Source: Myxococcota bacterium
GTDB lineage: Bacteria; Myxococcota_A; Polyangia; Nannocystales; Nannocystaceae
Assembly: GCA_039028615.1 (NCBI GenBank)
Contig: JBCCHT010000056.1
Span: 1 to 64,000 of the forward strand
DNA length: 64,000 bases
Reading direction: 5' to 3'
The notes under the pieces are model-generated. The model saw only the letters and a list, made by a program, of their open reading frames with translations. It was not told the DNA's origin and did not search any database. A program made the position numbers and the translations under genes. Positions 18,091 to 28,325 of this stretch are shown here, one piece after another; within the stretch, counting starts at the first letter, position 1, and each line of letters opens with the position of its first letter.

Positions 18091-18861
18091 CTAGCCTCGC
18101 AGCAGCATCCGACGCGAGAACACGTCGTCCTCGACACCCTGGTTCACGACGACGTCACGAAGGTGAACAACGGTGGAATCGTTCGACTTGAGATCAGTCA
18201 TGGTGACCTTGGTCGGCATCAGCTCACCGTCGATCTTGGTCCAGCCTTCGCGCAGCTGGGTGCGCACGTGGTTGCCGGCCCCGTCGTAGTAGCGGAGTTT
18301 CGTCACTCCGCCCTTCTTGCTGTCGATGACCAGCTGAATGCTGGCGTAGGTGCTGTCGATGCCCTCTTTGGGGGTCAGCTTCAGCGTAGTCTCCGCCCCT
18401 TCACGCCCCATCAGCTCGGCGTTGAAGAAGGGCGAGAGGGTCACTCGGGTCATGTCTTCGTAGGTGAAGGTGCTGCCCAAGAAGCCCTGGTTTTGCATGT
18501 GCGCCGCGACGCGCCGAACCTTCTTGAACTCGGGCGTGTAGACGTACAGCGTCTTGGCATCCTGCATGAGCACCTTCATGCCCGCGACGTCTCCGGGGGC
18601 CGTAAAGGTGATGAACTGCTTCTCCAGACCCTTCATCACCATGGTGAACTCGAGGGTCTTCTTGTGCTTGCCGTCCTTGCTGATCTCCATCGACGCTTCG
18701 TAGCGCTGATCCGCGAAGACCCCGGCTCGGCGATCGATCTCGGCGAGAATCTTGTTGGCATCCACGGCCGCCATGGCGGCGGGAGCAGGGACGGAGGCTA
18801 CGGCCGGAGTGGCAACGAGCGCGGACAGAGAGAGGGCGACCAGTACCGAACGCATCTTCAT
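18091..18861 (-). CDS. Outer-membrane lipoprotein-sorting (LolA-like) protein
   Basis: Signal peptide; FTAPGDVAGMKVL, YTPEFKKVRRV, FLGSTFTYEDM, FSRRML. Confidence 0.85.
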   Translation of the reverse strand: MKMRSVLVALSLSALVATPAVASVPAPAAMAAVDANKILAEIDRRAGVFADQRYEASMEISKDGKHKKTLEFTMVMKGLEKQFITFTAPGDVAGMKVLMQDAKTLYVYTPEFKKVRRVAAHMQNQGFLGSTFTYEDMTRVTLSPFFNAELMGREGAETTLKLTPKEGIDSTYASIQLVIDSKKGGVTKLRYYDGAGNHVRTQLREGWTKIDGELMPTKVTMTDLKSNDSTVVHLRDVVVNQGVEDDVFSRRMLLRG

Positions 18862-19081
18862 GAGGTGGGCTCCCGAGGGTAGCAGCGGCCAGACGAAACG
18901 AGGTGTGCAGGTGCGTGCGCACTTGGGCGCTCGCGGGGTCCTCGAACACGTGGGCCTGCCCTTGGACGACCCCCGCGCGTGGCTATTCGCTGCGCCGGAA
19001 GTTTCGGTGCAACAAAGCGTAGGAGCCAGTGCACGGGGGGTTACGAGCAGTGATCTGGAGCACACCCCAACGAGAGATCAC

Positions 19082-21835
19082 TCAACGACGGGGGTACAGG
19101 CGGGGGGTCAGCCACACCGCTCCCGCCGCCGCCGCCAGCAGACCCAAGGCCAATCCGACGCCGAATTGTTGGAGCGGCGGCATCTCGGACGCGAGCAACA
19201 CGAGGAAGGCCGCGGCGAGCTGGAGCCCGGTCACCAGGATGACGCCGCCCAAGGCATTGGTCGCCGCTTCGCCGTCACCGTCTTGTCGTGCTCGCACGCC
19301 GAGGTGAATGGAGAAGTCGACGCCCGCTCCCAGAGCGATGCACGCCACCATGCTCGTGCCGATGCTGATCGGGTGCCCAAGCAGGAACACCGAGCCGGCG
19401 GTGAGCAACAAAGTCCACACCGCGGGCACCAGGGCACGCAGTTGACCGAAGACCAAGAGCACCACCGCCAAGGCTCCGAGCGACACCAAGGTGGAGTGCA
19501 ACAGGCTGGTGCTCACGCTGCCGGCAAAGGCCTGACCGATGACCGGCTGTCCAGTGAGTCGCACCTTCCAGTCGAGCGCCTCGGTGTCGGGCAACTCCAT
19601 GCCGACGGGCACCCCCCAGGTCTCATCGTTGAGCTCGGCGAGCACCCACAAGACTTCTTGGCAGCGATTGTCGGCCGGCTTCTCTTCAGCCTTCGCATCG
19701 CCTTCGTCCTCCGCGGGTAGTCCGAAGGGGTCCGCGGCGGGTGGAGCCGGGGGCGGCGGGAGTCCCAAGGCCGTGCACGAGGCGGTGAAGCGATGCGCCT
19801 CGATGGCCTCGTCGACCCACTCCCCCACGAACTCGGCCGCGACGTCGATGCCCTCGGGGTCCTTCTCGGCCAAGGCGGGCAGCGTGGTCTCGAAGTACTT
19901 CTTCAGCGCTGGGCCGCGGGTGTCGAAGAGCTTGGCCGCGTCGACCTTGGCGACCTCGGCCTCGGGCAGCGGCTCGATGAGTTCATCGCTGCCCAGGGCT
20001 CGATCTCGTAGACGGGTGAGCTCGTCGATCATCGACGCGGCGGTGACCTTGGCATCGACGATCTCGGCGAAGCGCGGCTCGTCGATGTCCTCGCCCACCA
20101 GCGCGGCGAGTCGAGCCCGAACCTCGGCCATGACCACGGGGCGCATGGAGTCCGCCTGGGCATTGCCGACGCGCAGTTGCTCGACGTCGTGAGCGGCGAC
20201 GATGGCCCGAACCTCTTGGGTGACCCGCTGCTGGTGCTCCCCTCCCCCGGGGGCGAGCTTGATGTGCACGATGGCGGCGTCGGCCTCGGGCACCATCAGC
20301 TGCGCCATCGCGGGGTGATCGGCCAGCGACTTGACCACGCGCTGGGTCCGGGGCTGCGTCTGCGGGATGCCGCGTCGACCACCGAAGCCATCGCTGACGG
20401 TGGCGACGGGCTCGACCAGGCTCCGCACGTCGACGACACCGTCGACCGCCCGCAATTCGGTCACCATCTCCCGAATTTCGCGAATTGCGACGGGTTGGGT
20501 GAGGTCGGCCTCCACCGCGATCTGGAGGAACTGCGAGCCCTCGAAGTGCTCGTTGAAGAAGTCGTTGGCCTGTCGCGGACCGCTGTCCTCCGCGAACAGG
20601 TTGTTGGTGTCGGGATCGGAGCTGAGCTGCGAACCCAGGCCCGCCCCCGCGATGCCCAGCGCAGCCACGAGCCACAGCGGCGGCATCCAGCGGATGGGCA
20701 AGTGGGGATTTTCGCGGCTCGGCAGCAAGCGGCTCGGCATGATCGCGAGCAGGGCGGGCATGGCCACCAGCGCGAGCACGAGCAGGACCAGCACGCCGAA
20801 CCCAGCCACCACCCCGAAGCGCTGCATCGGGATCTGCGGCATGACCAACAGGGCGAAGAACGCCGTCGCCGTGGTGAGCCCGCTGAGCACCACCGGTTTC
20901 CACAGCTCGCGGATGGTCTCGGAGGCGCGCTCGCGACTGCTGCCCGTCTTGCGCTGGAACCCGGCGAGCATGTGCATGCCGAAGGCCCCTCCGAGCGCAA
21001 CCATCATGACCGGAGTAGTGCTCGAGACGATGGTGAAGGGCTCGCCGAAGCGACCGTGAGACCCCACGATGAGCGCGACCCCGAGCCCGGTGATCACCAG
21101 GTTCAGGCCAGCCGCGGTCACGCTGCCGAGCAGCAACGCCGACGCGATGACCAGCACCGCGATGACGATGGGCGACAGGCGCTCGATGTCCTCGCGCGAT
21201 GCGTTGGAGGCCGCGGTCTCCATGAACGGCGCCCCGCCGTAGAAGGCCTCGCCGTCCCAGTTGGCCTCGACCACCTCCCGGATGTCGGCGAGCTCGGTCG
21301 ACCGCTGGCGAGCACGCTCCTTGCCCGTCGCCGGGTTGAGGTAGATCAAGATCGCGGCCGCGTTGCCGTCGGCAGAGATGAAGTTGCCGACCGCGTCGGT
21401 ATTGGCGAGCACCCGCTCGCGGATCTCGGCGTCCTCCAGCCCCGCGGGGACCAGCGAGCGCACGATCAGCGTCTCGTCGACGACCTTGGCCTCCGGGAAA
21501 TCCGGGTAGGCCATGACCAGGCGAACCCCGGTGACCTCGTCCAGCTTGGTGGCCAGCGCCCGGACCTTCTCGGTGGGCTCGGACTCGAGCAGCGAGTCGC
21601 CCGTACGCACGCCGACCAGCGCCACCTCGAGCATGCCGAAGCGATCGGCGACCTCGCGGAAGGCCACCACGTCGGGATCGGCGGGCGGCAGGAAGGCGAG
21701 GACGTCGTCGTCGTGCTCGAGCTGGTTGACCCCGGGGATCAGCCACGAGCACACCGCCAGCAACACCACGAGCACGGCCCAGCGGGCGCGCACGATGAAG
21801 TGATCGGAGGTGGGGGGCGCGGATGCGTCGCTCAC
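19082..21835 (-). CDS. MMPL/RND family transporter
   Basis: Two TM bundles with large periplasmic loops; SGLTTATAF, GVDFSIH, LQQFG; start uncertain (GTG 21835 or 21871). Confidence 0.85.
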   Translation of the reverse strand: MSDASAPPTSDHFIVRARWAVLVVLLAVCSWLIPGVNQLEHDDDVLAFLPPADPDVVAFREVADRFGMLEVALVGVRTGDSLLESEPTEKVRALATKLDEVTGVRLVMAYPDFPEAKVVDETLIVRSLVPAGLEDAEIRERVLANTDAVGNFISADGNAAAILIYLNPATGKERARQRSTELADIREVVEANWDGEAFYGGAPFMETAASNASREDIERLSPIVIAVLVIASALLLGSVTAAGLNLVITGLGVALIVGSHGRFGEPFTIVSSTTPVMMVALGGAFGMHMLAGFQRKTGSSRERASETIRELWKPVVLSGLTTATAFFALLVMPQIPMQRFGVVAGFGVLVLLVLALVAMPALLAIMPSRLLPSRENPHLPIRWMPPLWLVAALGIAGAGLGSQLSSDPDTNNLFAEDSGPRQANDFFNEHFEGSQFLQIAVEADLTQPVAIREIREMVTELRAVDGVVDVRSLVEPVATVSDGFGGRRGIPQTQPRTQRVVKSLADHPAMAQLMVPEADAAIVHIKLAPGGGEHQQRVTQEVRAIVAAHDVEQLRVGNAQADSMRPVVMAEVRARLAALVGEDIDEPRFAEIVDAKVTAASMIDELTRLRDRALGSDELIEPLPEAEVAKVDAAKLFDTRGPALKKYFETTLPALAEKDPEGIDVAAEFVGEWVDEAIEAHRFTASCTALGLPPPPAPPAADPFGLPAEDEGDAKAEEKPADNRCQEVLWVLAELNDETWGVPVGMELPDTEALDWKVRLTGQPVIGQAFAGSVSTSLLHSTLVSLGALAVVLLVFGQLRALVPAVWTLLLTAGSVFLLGHPISIGTSMVACIALGAGVDFSIHLGVRARQDGDGEAATNALGGVILVTGLQLAAAFLVLLASEMPPLQQFGVGLALGLLAAAAGAVWLTPRLYPRR

Positions 21836-21903
21836 CCCCGGGATGGTAGACGCGCCCTCACGTCGCGTCACCCGGGCCAGTGCGGCAGATCAACCGGGGC
21901 CAA

Positions 21904-22827
21904 TCAGCCCCAGACCGGCGTCAGCCACTTGAGGCGCTCTTTGACCCGACCGTGCACCACGTCGTCGAAGTGCTGCTTGAGCTTCGCGGTCATCGGGCCA
22001 ATGCCGCCGTCACCGAGGTTTCGGCGATCGACGCTGGCGACCGGAGTGATCTGCGCCCCCGTGCCGCACAGGAACATCTCGTCGGCCACATAAAGCTCGG
22101 AGCGACCGATGGAGCGCTCCTCGAAGCGCATGCCCAGGTCCTCGGTGGCCATGGTGATGATGCTACGGCGGGTGATGCCGTCGAGGTTGTCCTCGGTGCT
22201 CGGCGGGCTGATGAGGGTGCCATTGCGCGCGATGAAGATGTGCTCGGCGCTGCCCTCGGAGACCTTGCCGCCCTCGGTGAGGAAGATGGCCTCGTCGAAC
22301 CCGTTGTCGAAGGCCTCGCGGCGCGCCAGCGCGCTATTGAGGTAGGCGCCGGTCGGCTTGGTACGCGAGGGGATGGCGTTGTCACGGACGCGGCGCCACG
22401 ACGAGATGCAGACGTTGATGGCGTCTTTGTCGATGTAGCGCTTGAGCGGCATGCAGTACGCGATGAAGCTCGAGCTGTTCTCGTCGAGCACGGGCGCCAG
22501 CTCGTTGCTGTTGTGAATCAGCAGCGGCCGCATGTAGACGTCGTGGTGCACCTCGTTGCGACGCAGCAGCTCGAGCAGGATCTTGGAGGTCTCCTCGACC
22601 GAGCCGGGCATGCGCAAGTAGAGGATCGTCGCGGAGTGGGCGAGGCGCTGCACGTGCGCCTCAAGCTGGAACACGTAGACCTCTTTGCCGTCGTCGGCCA
22701 GATATCCGCGTACGCCACCGAAGCAACCCATGCCGTAGTTGAGCGCTCGCGAACGCACGCTGACGACCGCATCATCGTCGTCGACCCACTTGCCGTCCTG
22801 ATACGTGACCATGCTTCGGCGGAGCAT
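21904..22827 (-). CDS. ilvE: Branched-chain amino acid aminotransferase (PLP fold IV)
   Basis: LNYGMGCF, GFDEAIFL, EGSAEHIF, LDGITR, ADEMFLCGTGAQITP. Confidence 0.85.
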   Translation of the reverse strand: MLRRSMVTYQDGKWVDDDDAVVSVRSRALNYGMGCFGGVRGYLADDGKEVYVFQLEAHVQRLAHSATILYLRMPGSVEETSKILLELLRRNEVHHDVYMRPLLIHNSNELAPVLDENSSSFIAYCMPLKRYIDKDAINVCISSWRRVRDNAIPSRTKPTGAYLNSALARREAFDNGFDEAIFLTEGGKVSEGSAEHIFIARNGTLISPPSTEDNLDGITRRSIITMATEDLGMRFEERSIGRSELYVADEMFLCGTGAQITPVASVDRRNLGDGGIGPMTAKLKQHFDDVVHGRVKERLKWLTPVWG

Positions 22828-23027
22828 GCCAATGAACGGTCCGGGGTGCCACCCTCGATTCGGTCCATTCCCGTGCGTAGGGGCGTGATCAAGGCTTCAC
22901 GGGCGCCACGTGGCCGCTGGACGCGGCATGTCGTGTCCAGCCCGACGCGCCGCGGCCGGTCGGCTCGACGCTGCGTGTCGCGCGGCCTCGACGAGTATGC
23001 AGTTTCGAGGACCGGTATGCTGCGGCC

Positions 23028-26000
23028 GTGTCCGCCCTCGTGGCCGCGGCGCTCGCGACTTCGCTTGCGAGCCTCCTCGAACGGCAGCGCCGAAGCGCGG
23101 GGAGCTTGGACCTCGACGCCGTGGTGTTGGTGAGCGCCACGTGGCTCGCCGCGGTGGGCATTGCGGCGACGATGCTCGCGCTCGTCGGGGGGTTCGGACC
23201 GATCTCGATGAGTGTCGTCACGGGGGTCGGTGCCGCGATCGCCTGGCCGTGGCGACAGCCCGTCGCTGCCCCGACAGATGTCCGGTCGCATCGCAAAACC
23301 CGGGCCGACGTCGTGTTTGGGCTGCTGTTGGTGCTCGGGGGTCTCGCCCTGCGCTGGCCGGTCGCCGACTATCCGCTGGCGGGGCGCGACCAGGGAACGT
23401 ACACGCTTCGCGCTCAGCACACGCTGCGCGAGGGAAGGCTCGACGCCGTCGACCCCGTGCTCGCCGAGATCACCGAGACGCGCACGCGACCCGGACCGGC
23501 CGATCTCCAGGGACTGTACCAACGACGCACCGAGCCCTGGCGTCGCAATCGCTACGAGGCCGCGTATCGACCCGGCTTCTACCTCGCCGACATCGACACC
23601 GGGCACGTGCGGCCGCAGTTCTTTCACCTGCACCCGATGTTGATGGCGACGGCCGGGTTGGTCGTAGGCCCGACCAACGTCGTGGCGGTGACCTTCGTGT
23701 GGTCGGCCTTGGCCCTGCTCGCGCTGTGGGCCGTGGCGCGCCGACTGTGGCCGCGGGGACCCTGGGCATGGCTGGCGGCCGCGCTGTGGGCCTGCGCTCC
23801 GTTGGCGATCTGGGTGCAACGCAATGGACTCAGCGAAGGCCCGGCCACGGTGTTCGTGTTGGCCTCGCTGCTCGCCGCCCTGCGGGTCCGCGACGGACGA
23901 GAGCCCGCGTTGGATCGGGCGGCGCTCTTGCTGGGGGCCAACGCCTGGGTGCGAGGCAACGGGTGGCTGGCGGTGCCGCTGGTGCTCGCCGCTCAGTGGC
24001 TCGTGCCGAGCGAGGAGTCGCGAAATCGTCGGGCGGGACTGCTGTACGGGCTGATGTTCCTCGGCTCGGTGTTCGTGCACGCCCCCACGATCTTTCCCTA
24101 CTTGAACGACGAGCTGCTGCGCCAGCTCCCGCTCGAAGTCCACCCCACGCCCTCGCTGCTCATCACCGCGTGCGTGGCCGGCATGGCGGCATGGTTCGCG
24201 ATCGACGAGCTGAGCCCGCTGCGACGACACGAAGCCCGCTGGCTGCCCGCGGCGCATCGCGTGGGGCCGTGGCTGCTCGCTGCGCTGGCGCTGGCGAGCG
24301 TGGCGGTCTATCTGAACCTGCGCGTCGAGCCGCTCGCCCGCCCCTTCAGCCGCCTCGATCCGGTGGCGCCGCTGCTCGGGTGGCCGGTGTTGGCCCTGGC
24401 CGCGGTCGGCCTCGGGCACGCGGTTCGGCACTGGCGCTCGAAGCCTTCGGCCGTCAACGCGTGGCTGCTCGGGCTCGGCGGGGTGCTGGTGGCGACGCTG
24501 TGGCTCTACGCCCAGCGCAACCTGCCGCAGCTGGGGCTCTACTACTACGGTCGCTACCTGGTGCCCGAGCTCGTGCCCGTGGTGCTGCTGCTGGCCGTGC
24601 AGGGCCTGCGCTCGATCTACGACCGGCTGCACGGCGACTCCCCCGGGCGCGCACGAAAGGGGCTCGCCGTCGCGGCCGCGGTGGCGGGAAGCGGCGCGAT
24701 GGCATGGTTCACGGCCGGGATCTTGGTCACGCACCCGGTCACGCGACTGCAAGAGTTCGCGGGCGCGGATCGGGTCGTGGATCACCTGGCGGCGAAGCTC
24801 CCCGCCGACGCGATCGTGATCGCGGGCGGCGAGGGCTGGCATCGCGGCCATACCTTCAATCAGGTCGGAGGAGCGCTCGCGTTTCGCCATGGGCTCTCCG
24901 TGCTCCCCTATCGCAATCGAGAGGCCGCCTACGCGAGTCTGCACGAGCTGCTGATCGGACGGCCGGAGGCCACGGGAGAGCCCGCCCCGCCCGTGTTCTT
25001 GCTCCTCAACGAGGCGACCAAGGATCACACGCGAGACCCGAAGGACCCCGAGGCCAAGATCCGCATCGCGGCGCTCGACGACCAGCTGCCGCCGCCTTTC
25101 GTGGCGCATCGGATCGACTTCGTGGAGATGTTGCTGCATCGCCTCACGCCGACCCACGAAGGCGCGCCCACCCGCGTCACTCGAGATGGCCTCCGTATGG
25201 CCCTGATGCGCATCGAGGTGGATCCGCTGCGCGCCGAGACCATCGAAGAGTGGACGCTGCATACCGAAGGCAAGACGTGGCGCCCCGAAGGTCCGGGCGA
25301 GCTGTTGGTGGACGGCGGCAAGCCCAAGGACGGCGCGCCCTGTCTCGGCGGCAAGCCCTTGGAAATCATCCTGCCCGAGCGCGGAGCCGCGGGGACCGGG
25401 CCCGTCTCGCTGGTCCTGGTCGCCGCTCCGGGCACCGCCGCTCGCAACGCTCGGCTCAAGGTCGCGGTCGACGGAGAGCGCATCGCTCTTTCACCCAAGC
25501 ACGATGAAAAACGCTATCGCGACACGCTGGGCCCCTACCCGCTCGCCACGCGTCCGCGTCGCATCCTCATCAAGGGACCCAAGAAGAAAAAGACCCGACG
25601 CGCTCGCTGTCCACGGGGTGGGCTGCTTCAAGTGCGACTGTTGGGGCCCGACCACGCGATGCTGGACGCCGCCGAGCGAAGCGCCGTGACTTTTGCCCCG
25701 CCGCTTTCGCTGGGGCATCCCGCGGTCCCCGTCGCGTGGGTCTCGGGCGCCGGGCTGTCGCGGGAGCGCCCGGGTATCACTCCAGAGCCTGAGCTTCGCG
25801 GGCTCTCAATGGTCGTGGGGCCCCAGCGACTTCGCTTTCCCCCGACGAGCATCCCCAGCGGCGGAGCGGTCCCCGTCGATCTGGTGCTCACGCTGACCGG
25901 CACCCGGCTGCATCCCGACGCGAGGTTGTGGGTCTACATCGATGGCGAGCCGCTCCCCGCCATCGACCCGCCCGACGACCGCAAGGGCTCGTGGCAGTCG

Positions 26001-26147
26001 CCCGCGTTGCCGTGGACCCCGACCGGGGACTACGCCCAGATCGAGCTCGAGCTTCGCGACGCGGGCACCGACGACCACGTGCTGCTCCGCGACATCGGAC
26101 TGTTCTCACGCGCGACGCCGGAGCGAGGCTCGCTCGCCGAGCCCTAG
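23028..26147 (+). CDS. Large polytopic membrane protein, putative GT-C (PMT/ArnT-like) glycosyltransferase with periplasmic C-terminal domains
   Basis: >10 TM helices, GRDQGTY loop motif, LSEGPA, GRYLVP, ~450-aa soluble C-terminus. Confidence 0.6.
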   Translation: MSALVAAALATSLASLLERQRRSAGSLDLDAVVLVSATWLAAVGIAATMLALVGGFGPISMSVVTGVGAAIAWPWRQPVAAPTDVRSHRKTRADVVFGLLLVLGGLALRWPVADYPLAGRDQGTYTLRAQHTLREGRLDAVDPVLAEITETRTRPGPADLQGLYQRRTEPWRRNRYEAAYRPGFYLADIDTGHVRPQFFHLHPMLMATAGLVVGPTNVVAVTFVWSALALLALWAVARRLWPRGPWAWLAAALWACAPLAIWVQRNGLSEGPATVFVLASLLAALRVRDGREPALDRAALLLGANAWVRGNGWLAVPLVLAAQWLVPSEESRNRRAGLLYGLMFLGSVFVHAPTIFPYLNDELLRQLPLEVHPTPSLLITACVAGMAAWFAIDELSPLRRHEARWLPAAHRVGPWLLAALALASVAVYLNLRVEPLARPFSRLDPVAPLLGWPVLALAAVGLGHAVRHWRSKPSAVNAWLLGLGGVLVATLWLYAQRNLPQLGLYYYGRYLVPELVPVVLLLAVQGLRSIYDRLHGDSPGRARKGLAVAAAVAGSGAMAWFTAGILVTHPVTRLQEFAGADRVVDHLAAKLPADAIVIAGGEGWHRGHTFNQVGGALAFRHGLSVLPYRNREAAYASLHELLIGRPEATGEPAPPVFLLLNEATKDHTRDPKDPEAKIRIAALDDQLPPPFVAHRIDFVEMLLHRLTPTHEGAPTRVTRDGLRMALMRIEVDPLRAETIEEWTLHTEGKTWRPEGPGELLVDGGKPKDGAPCLGGKPLEIILPERGAAGTGPVSLVLVAAPGTAARNARLKVAVDGERIALSPKHDEKRYRDTLGPYPLATRPRRILIKGPKKKKTRRARCPRGGLLQVRLLGPDHAMLDAAERSAVTFAPPLSLGHPAVPVAWVSGAGLSRERPGITPEPELRGLSMVVGPQRLRFPPTSIPSGGAVPVDLVLTLTGTRLHPDARLWVYIDGEPLPAIDPPDDRKGSWQSPALPWTPTGDYAQIELELRDAGTDDHVLLRDIGLFSRATPERGSLAEP

Positions 26148-26276
26148 CCACGGCCGAGCAGCAGTCTTCACACGACGCCCGGGCCCGCGATCGGCTCCAC
26201 GGGGACGAGGAGGGCGGTATCCTCCTGCCGTGCACACGTCATCGATGCTCGCCCCGAGCGACCGTGGAGGTGAAGC

Positions 26277-27056
26277 ATGAGTCGTCCATCGCGTCCGCTC
26301 GCCCTCGTCACCGGAGCCAGTCGCGGCATCGGACGGAGGACCGCCCTCGCCCTCGCTGCCGACCATGATCTTCTGCTGGTCGGGCGCAACGAAGCGACCC
26401 TCGCTCCCGTGGCCGAGGAGGTCCGGCAGCAGGGTACGGCGACCGTGTCCACATTCGCGGCCGACCTCGCCGACACGGACAGCCGCACCGCCCTGGTCGA
26501 AGCCTTGCGCGCCCAGGACCCTCCCGTGCGCGTGCTGGTCAACAACGCGGGGGTCGCCGTTTCGTCACCGCTGCACAAGACGGACGCCGCGGGCTGGGCC
26601 AGCACCCTCGAGCTCAACCTCGCCGCGCCCTTTTGGCTGACCCAGGTCGTGGTCCCGGCCATGAAGGAAGCACGATGGGGGCGAATCATCAACATCGCCT
26701 CCACCGCGGCGCTCAAGGGCTACCGCTATACGGCCGCCTACTCGGCCAGCAAGGGCGGGCTGGTCGCGCTGACCCGAGCCTTGGCCGCGGAGCTTTCGGG
26801 GCGGGGCATCACCGTCAACGCGATCTGCCCCGGCTTCACCGACACCTCGATCGCCGCGGACGCGGTCCAGAACATCGCGAGCAAGACCGGGCGCAGCGCG
26901 GACGAGGCCCGGGCCAACCTCGAAGGTTTTTCACCGCTGGGACGGCTGGTCGACCCCGCCGAGGTCGCGGCCATGGTCGCGTACCTGGCCAGTGACGCGG
27001 CCGCAGCGGTCAACGGCCAGACCCTGGCCATCGACGGAGGAGAGACGACCCAATGA
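26277..27056 (+). CDS. SDR family oxidoreductase
   Basis: TGASRGIG, NNAG, YSASK, ICPGFTDT. Confidence 0.93.
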   Translation: MSRPSRPLALVTGASRGIGRRTALALAADHDLLLVGRNEATLAPVAEEVRQQGTATVSTFAADLADTDSRTALVEALRAQDPPVRVLVNNAGVAVSSPLHKTDAAGWASTLELNLAAPFWLTQVVVPAMKEARWGRIINIASTAALKGYRYTAAYSASKGGLVALTRALAAELSGRGITVNAICPGFTDTSIAADAVQNIASKTGRSADEARANLEGFSPLGRLVDPAEVAAMVAYLASDAAAAVNGQTLAIDGGETTQ

Positions 27057-27466
27057 GCGACCCTCGCATCGTGCAACCCGAAGGCTGGAAGCGCCCCCGC
27101 GGCTACTCCAACGGCATGGCCGCGTCCGGCGAGATGCTGTCGGTGGCCGGCATGATCGGCTGGGACGCCGACGAAAAACTCGTCTCGACCGAGTTCCTCC
27201 CGCAGTTCGAGCAGGCCCTGCGCAACGTGGTGGCCGTGGTCGAGGCCGCGGGCGGGCAGGCCCGGCACCTCATCTCGCTGACCATCTACGTCACCGACAA
27301 GCGCCAGTACATCGCGGCCGGAGCCGCGCTCGGCCAGATCTATCGCTCGGTGATGGGCAAGCACTTCCCCACCATGGCGCTCGTCCAGGTCGCGGCGCTG
27401 CTCGAGGACGCCGCCCTCGTCGAGATCCAAGGCCTCGCCGTCCTTCCTCCCCAGGCCGACCAATGA
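27053..27466 (+). CDS. RidA/YjgF family protein
   Basis: PRGYSNG, AGMIGW, HFPTMALVQV..L...LVEI; ATGA overlaps on both sides. Confidence 0.9.
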   Translation: MSDPRIVQPEGWKRPRGYSNGMAASGEMLSVAGMIGWDADEKLVSTEFLPQFEQALRNVVAVVEAAGGQARHLISLTIYVTDKRQYIAAGAALGQIYRSVMGKHFPTMALVQVAALLEDAALVEIQGLAVLPPQADQ

Positions 27467-28317
27467 GCGACACGCCTCCCGACTTCCGCCCCCTGCCCTT
27501 CCCCACGCCCCGCAGCTTCCGCTACGAGGAGCGCGACCAGGTCGGCATCATCACCCTCCATCGACCGGACCGCTTCAACGCCCTGACCTTCGAGGTCTAC
27601 CGCGAGCTGACCGACTTCTTTCAGGTGGTGGAGCGGCGCAGCCTCGACCCCAGCGGCGAAGGGGCCCGCGCTCTGGTGCTGCGCGGCGAGGGCAAGGCCT
27701 TCTGCAGCGGCGGCGATGTCGAGGACATCATCGGACACCTCTTCGACCGCGACATGGAGGGCCTGCTGCGCTTCACCCGGATGACCGGGGAGCTGATCGA
27801 GTCGATGCGCATGTGCAAGCTCCCCATCGTCGCCAGCGTGAAGCGGGTGGCGGCCGGAGCGGGCGCGGTCATGGCCCTGGCCAGCGATCTGCGGGTCATG
27901 GGGCGCAAGGCCTTCTTCGCGTTCCTGTTCCCGCAGGTCGGCCTCAGCGGCGCGGACATGGGGGCGTCGTACCTGCTGCCGCGCATCGTCGGGCTGGGTC
28001 ACGCCTCCGAGATCCTGATGACCGGCGAGCGGATCTACGCCGAGCGCTGCCACCAGATCGGCCTGGCCAACACCCTGGTCGAGGACGAAGATCCGGCCGC
28101 CGTCGACGAAGCCGCGTTCGGCCGCGCCAAGGGGCTGGCCGCCGGCCCGCACTTTGCCCTCCGCATGACCAAGACCATGCTGGGCCGCGAGCTCGACATG
28201 GACCTGCGCACCGCGATCGAAGCCGAGGCCCAAGCCCAGGCGATCTGCATGCAACACCCCGATTTTCGCGAGGCCAACGCGGCCTGGAGCGAGAAGCGTG
28301 CCCCTCGCTGGAAGTGA
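27463..28317 (+). CDS. Enoyl-CoA hydratase/isomerase family protein
   Basis: AFCSGGDV, AAGAGA, GLSGADMGASYLLPRIVG. Confidence 0.92.
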   Translation: MSDTPPDFRPLPFPTPRSFRYEERDQVGIITLHRPDRFNALTFEVYRELTDFFQVVERRSLDPSGEGARALVLRGEGKAFCSGGDVEDIIGHLFDRDMEGLLRFTRMTGELIESMRMCKLPIVASVKRVAAGAGAVMALASDLRVMGRKAFFAFLFPQVGLSGADMGASYLLPRIVGLGHASEILMTGERIYAERCHQIGLANTLVEDEDPAAVDEAAFGRAKGLAAGPHFALRMTKTMLGRELDMDLRTAIEAEAQAQAICMQHPDFREANAAWSEKRAPRWK

Positions 28318-28325
28318 ACCCGACC

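Noticed and set aside
22518..25507. Very long alternative ORFs (22518-25262 minus, 22910-25507 plus) and similar ones such as 16079-18094, 20177-22093 and 47912-49852
   Set aside because: Shadow frames typical of high-GC DNA: Arg/Ala/Gly/Pro-rich, no motifs, and they overlap well-supported genes.
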